A stretch of DNA of 63,983 bases, filler included, from Basidioascus undulatus (Eukaryota), in NCBI GenBank assembly GCA_000826855.1. It is 3 parts of 3 records of this genome, joined end to end, with 100 filler letters (N's around TTAATTAATTAA, not from the genome) between each part and the next. Parts side by side here need not be neighbours in the genome. Positions count along the whole stretch, not along the records: positions 43,776 to 63,983 come from JTLS01000379.1; 2 more parts are not named here. One strand, given 5' to 3'. The notes beneath the pieces were generated by a model. It worked only from the letters and a program-made list of their open reading frames with translations. It had not been told where the DNA came from and searched no databases. Positions 62,463 to 63,983 of the stretch are shown piece after piece. The position numbers were made by a program, and so were the translations under genes. Each line of letters begins with the position of its first letter. Position 1 is the first letter of the stretch.

Positions 62463-63858
62463 ATGACGACTCCGACCTATGCACCGGGCCAGTTGGCAGG
62501 ATTCACCTCGTCGTCCGAGTCGTCCAACATTCCCGATACTGCTGAAGTCTCGAGCGTCGTTCGTCACCCCGCCACTGGAGCACACCATCAGCGCAAGATT
62601 CGGGTATACTACTTCACAGGCAAGGAAGTCGCAGCTATATACGTTTTTTTAGACAAACTAGACAAACCTCCCTGTATCATGACGCTCATGTTTCCATCCA
62701 GGCGTTTTGCAGACCCCAAAGCACGTGTGGACCACTGAGCGGCTGTACGATGCGTTGCAGCTCTGCTTCGGCTCGCCGACAGAGAGCGGCACCTGGTGGC
62801 TGGAGCGGCGCGGGGATCGCTTTCGCATTGAGCGCATGGTGGAGGGGAATGTCCCCGTGCGTCGCCGAGGGGGAGTACGAGATCATCGGTTTCGGTAAGA
62901 GATCGTCGCACCCCTCTTACCCTTACCCCAAAAGCACCCATGCTAATACCCTCTCGCTCAACCCAAAGAAGTACTAGCCTCGCATGAAGGTGGATCGCGC
63001 GAAAACCGAAACGGTGAGTATCTCGCCTATTGTAGACAACGATGCTGCAGCTGAGCGGTGAACCACAGGACAAGCCGGACGACTTTACTTCACGCGTTCG
63101 GGCGCGGCACGACAAATGTATCTTCTCGGAGAAAGAGCCGCTTGAGTTGTTTGATACGCAGTGCACATCGTTCCTCTTACGCTTTCGAGATTGGTATGTC
63201 TGCAAAGTCTTACCGCTGTCAGCCAATGCTGACAATTATCCCTACTGTTCGGAGTTCAATCACTCATTAGAAGAGAGCTTGTCGGACAAGAACTACCCCC
63301 AGGATCAGCCGATGAGCAGCGTGCAGAACGGCATCCTGCTCTATGGCACTCTTCGCGACTATTTCGAGCAGTATCATCTAGCATTGACCCCTACGTGCGT
63401 GCAACTTGAGCGCACGAATGCCATTTGTATTTTCACAAACCCCTTGACCGATGGGTTGGTTCACCAGGACTCGTACCGCATCTCTTCTTCCGACACCTCC
63501 CCGAACGTACGCCTTTCTGGACGGGCAGGTCGCGCCCGGCCTCCAACACGATCCGCACGTCCCGGAATCCGAGGGCGTCAGCGACACGCTGCTTGCTTGG
63601 CACTTTGAGCAAGCTGTCTTGAGAAGCATGCGTGGCCTGGGCGAGCCGTCCAGGGACGAGTCACGGGAGGAAAGTCTCGGAGGCGGTCCGAGGCTGAGGT
63701 TATCGAAATTGAACAGCACTCAACCGCTGAGCCATGAGCAAGCGTATGATCGTCGTCAAGAAGGAAAAATAGAGACAATGAAGTGGCCCTTTTATCATGG
63801 CTCAAAGAACAACGGTGTGGGGTGTTTTGTGCAGAGAAGCTGTCAAAGAGAACGATGA
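62463..63858 (+). pseudogene. Fungal HNH-endonuclease-family (HNH_2-like) gene, degenerate
   Basis: FTSRVRARHDKCIFS, SVQNGILL..LRDYFEQY and LLAWHFEQAVLRSMRG are present. The usual AAHI segment is not visible and the last His position reads R. Confidence 0.6.
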
Positions 63859-63983
63859 TGGAAGTCACATGCAACCTGAACTTGAATGAACAGCGATGGA
63901 CAGAGGGTAAAGGGCGGAGTCAAGGCTAAGTGTGTTAAGTGTCAAACAAGAAAGAATTGAATGAAGAGAAGAAGTGTGCATAT

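Overview
This is eukaryotic, intron-rich, GC-rich fungal DNA. Short introns with GTGCGT/GTGAGT donors and microexons suggest a basidiomycete, probably Pucciniomycotina (inference). The window is three contigs joined by two artificial N-spacers carrying TTAATTAATTAA. Apparently intact genes are JIP5 (partial), RPC34, THR4, a DUF1770-type membrane protein, a 7TM-like membrane protein, a ferric reductase, a FYRN/FYRC protein, a second divergent 7TM-family paralog, a Chz1-like protein, a MOSC protein, a dehydrin-like protein, URB1/NPA1 and a secreted SC15-like protein. A 5'-truncated U2 snRNA gene, invisible in the ORF track, sits at a contig end. Between these genes lie many decayed relics: a P450, an FAD monooxygenase, an aldo-keto reductase, an HNH-family gene, an F-box/LRR gene and others. 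The most notable observations are (1) a chimeric 7TM paralog that replaced TM1-3 with a soluble domain, (2) a fungal protein with plant K-segment-like repeats, (3) a ferric reductase whose heme-ligand helix is built from 7-11 nt microexons and which has up to three GC-AG introns, and (4) U2 followed by a TTAGGG telobox. All family assignments come from motif recognition by eye, not from database searches.
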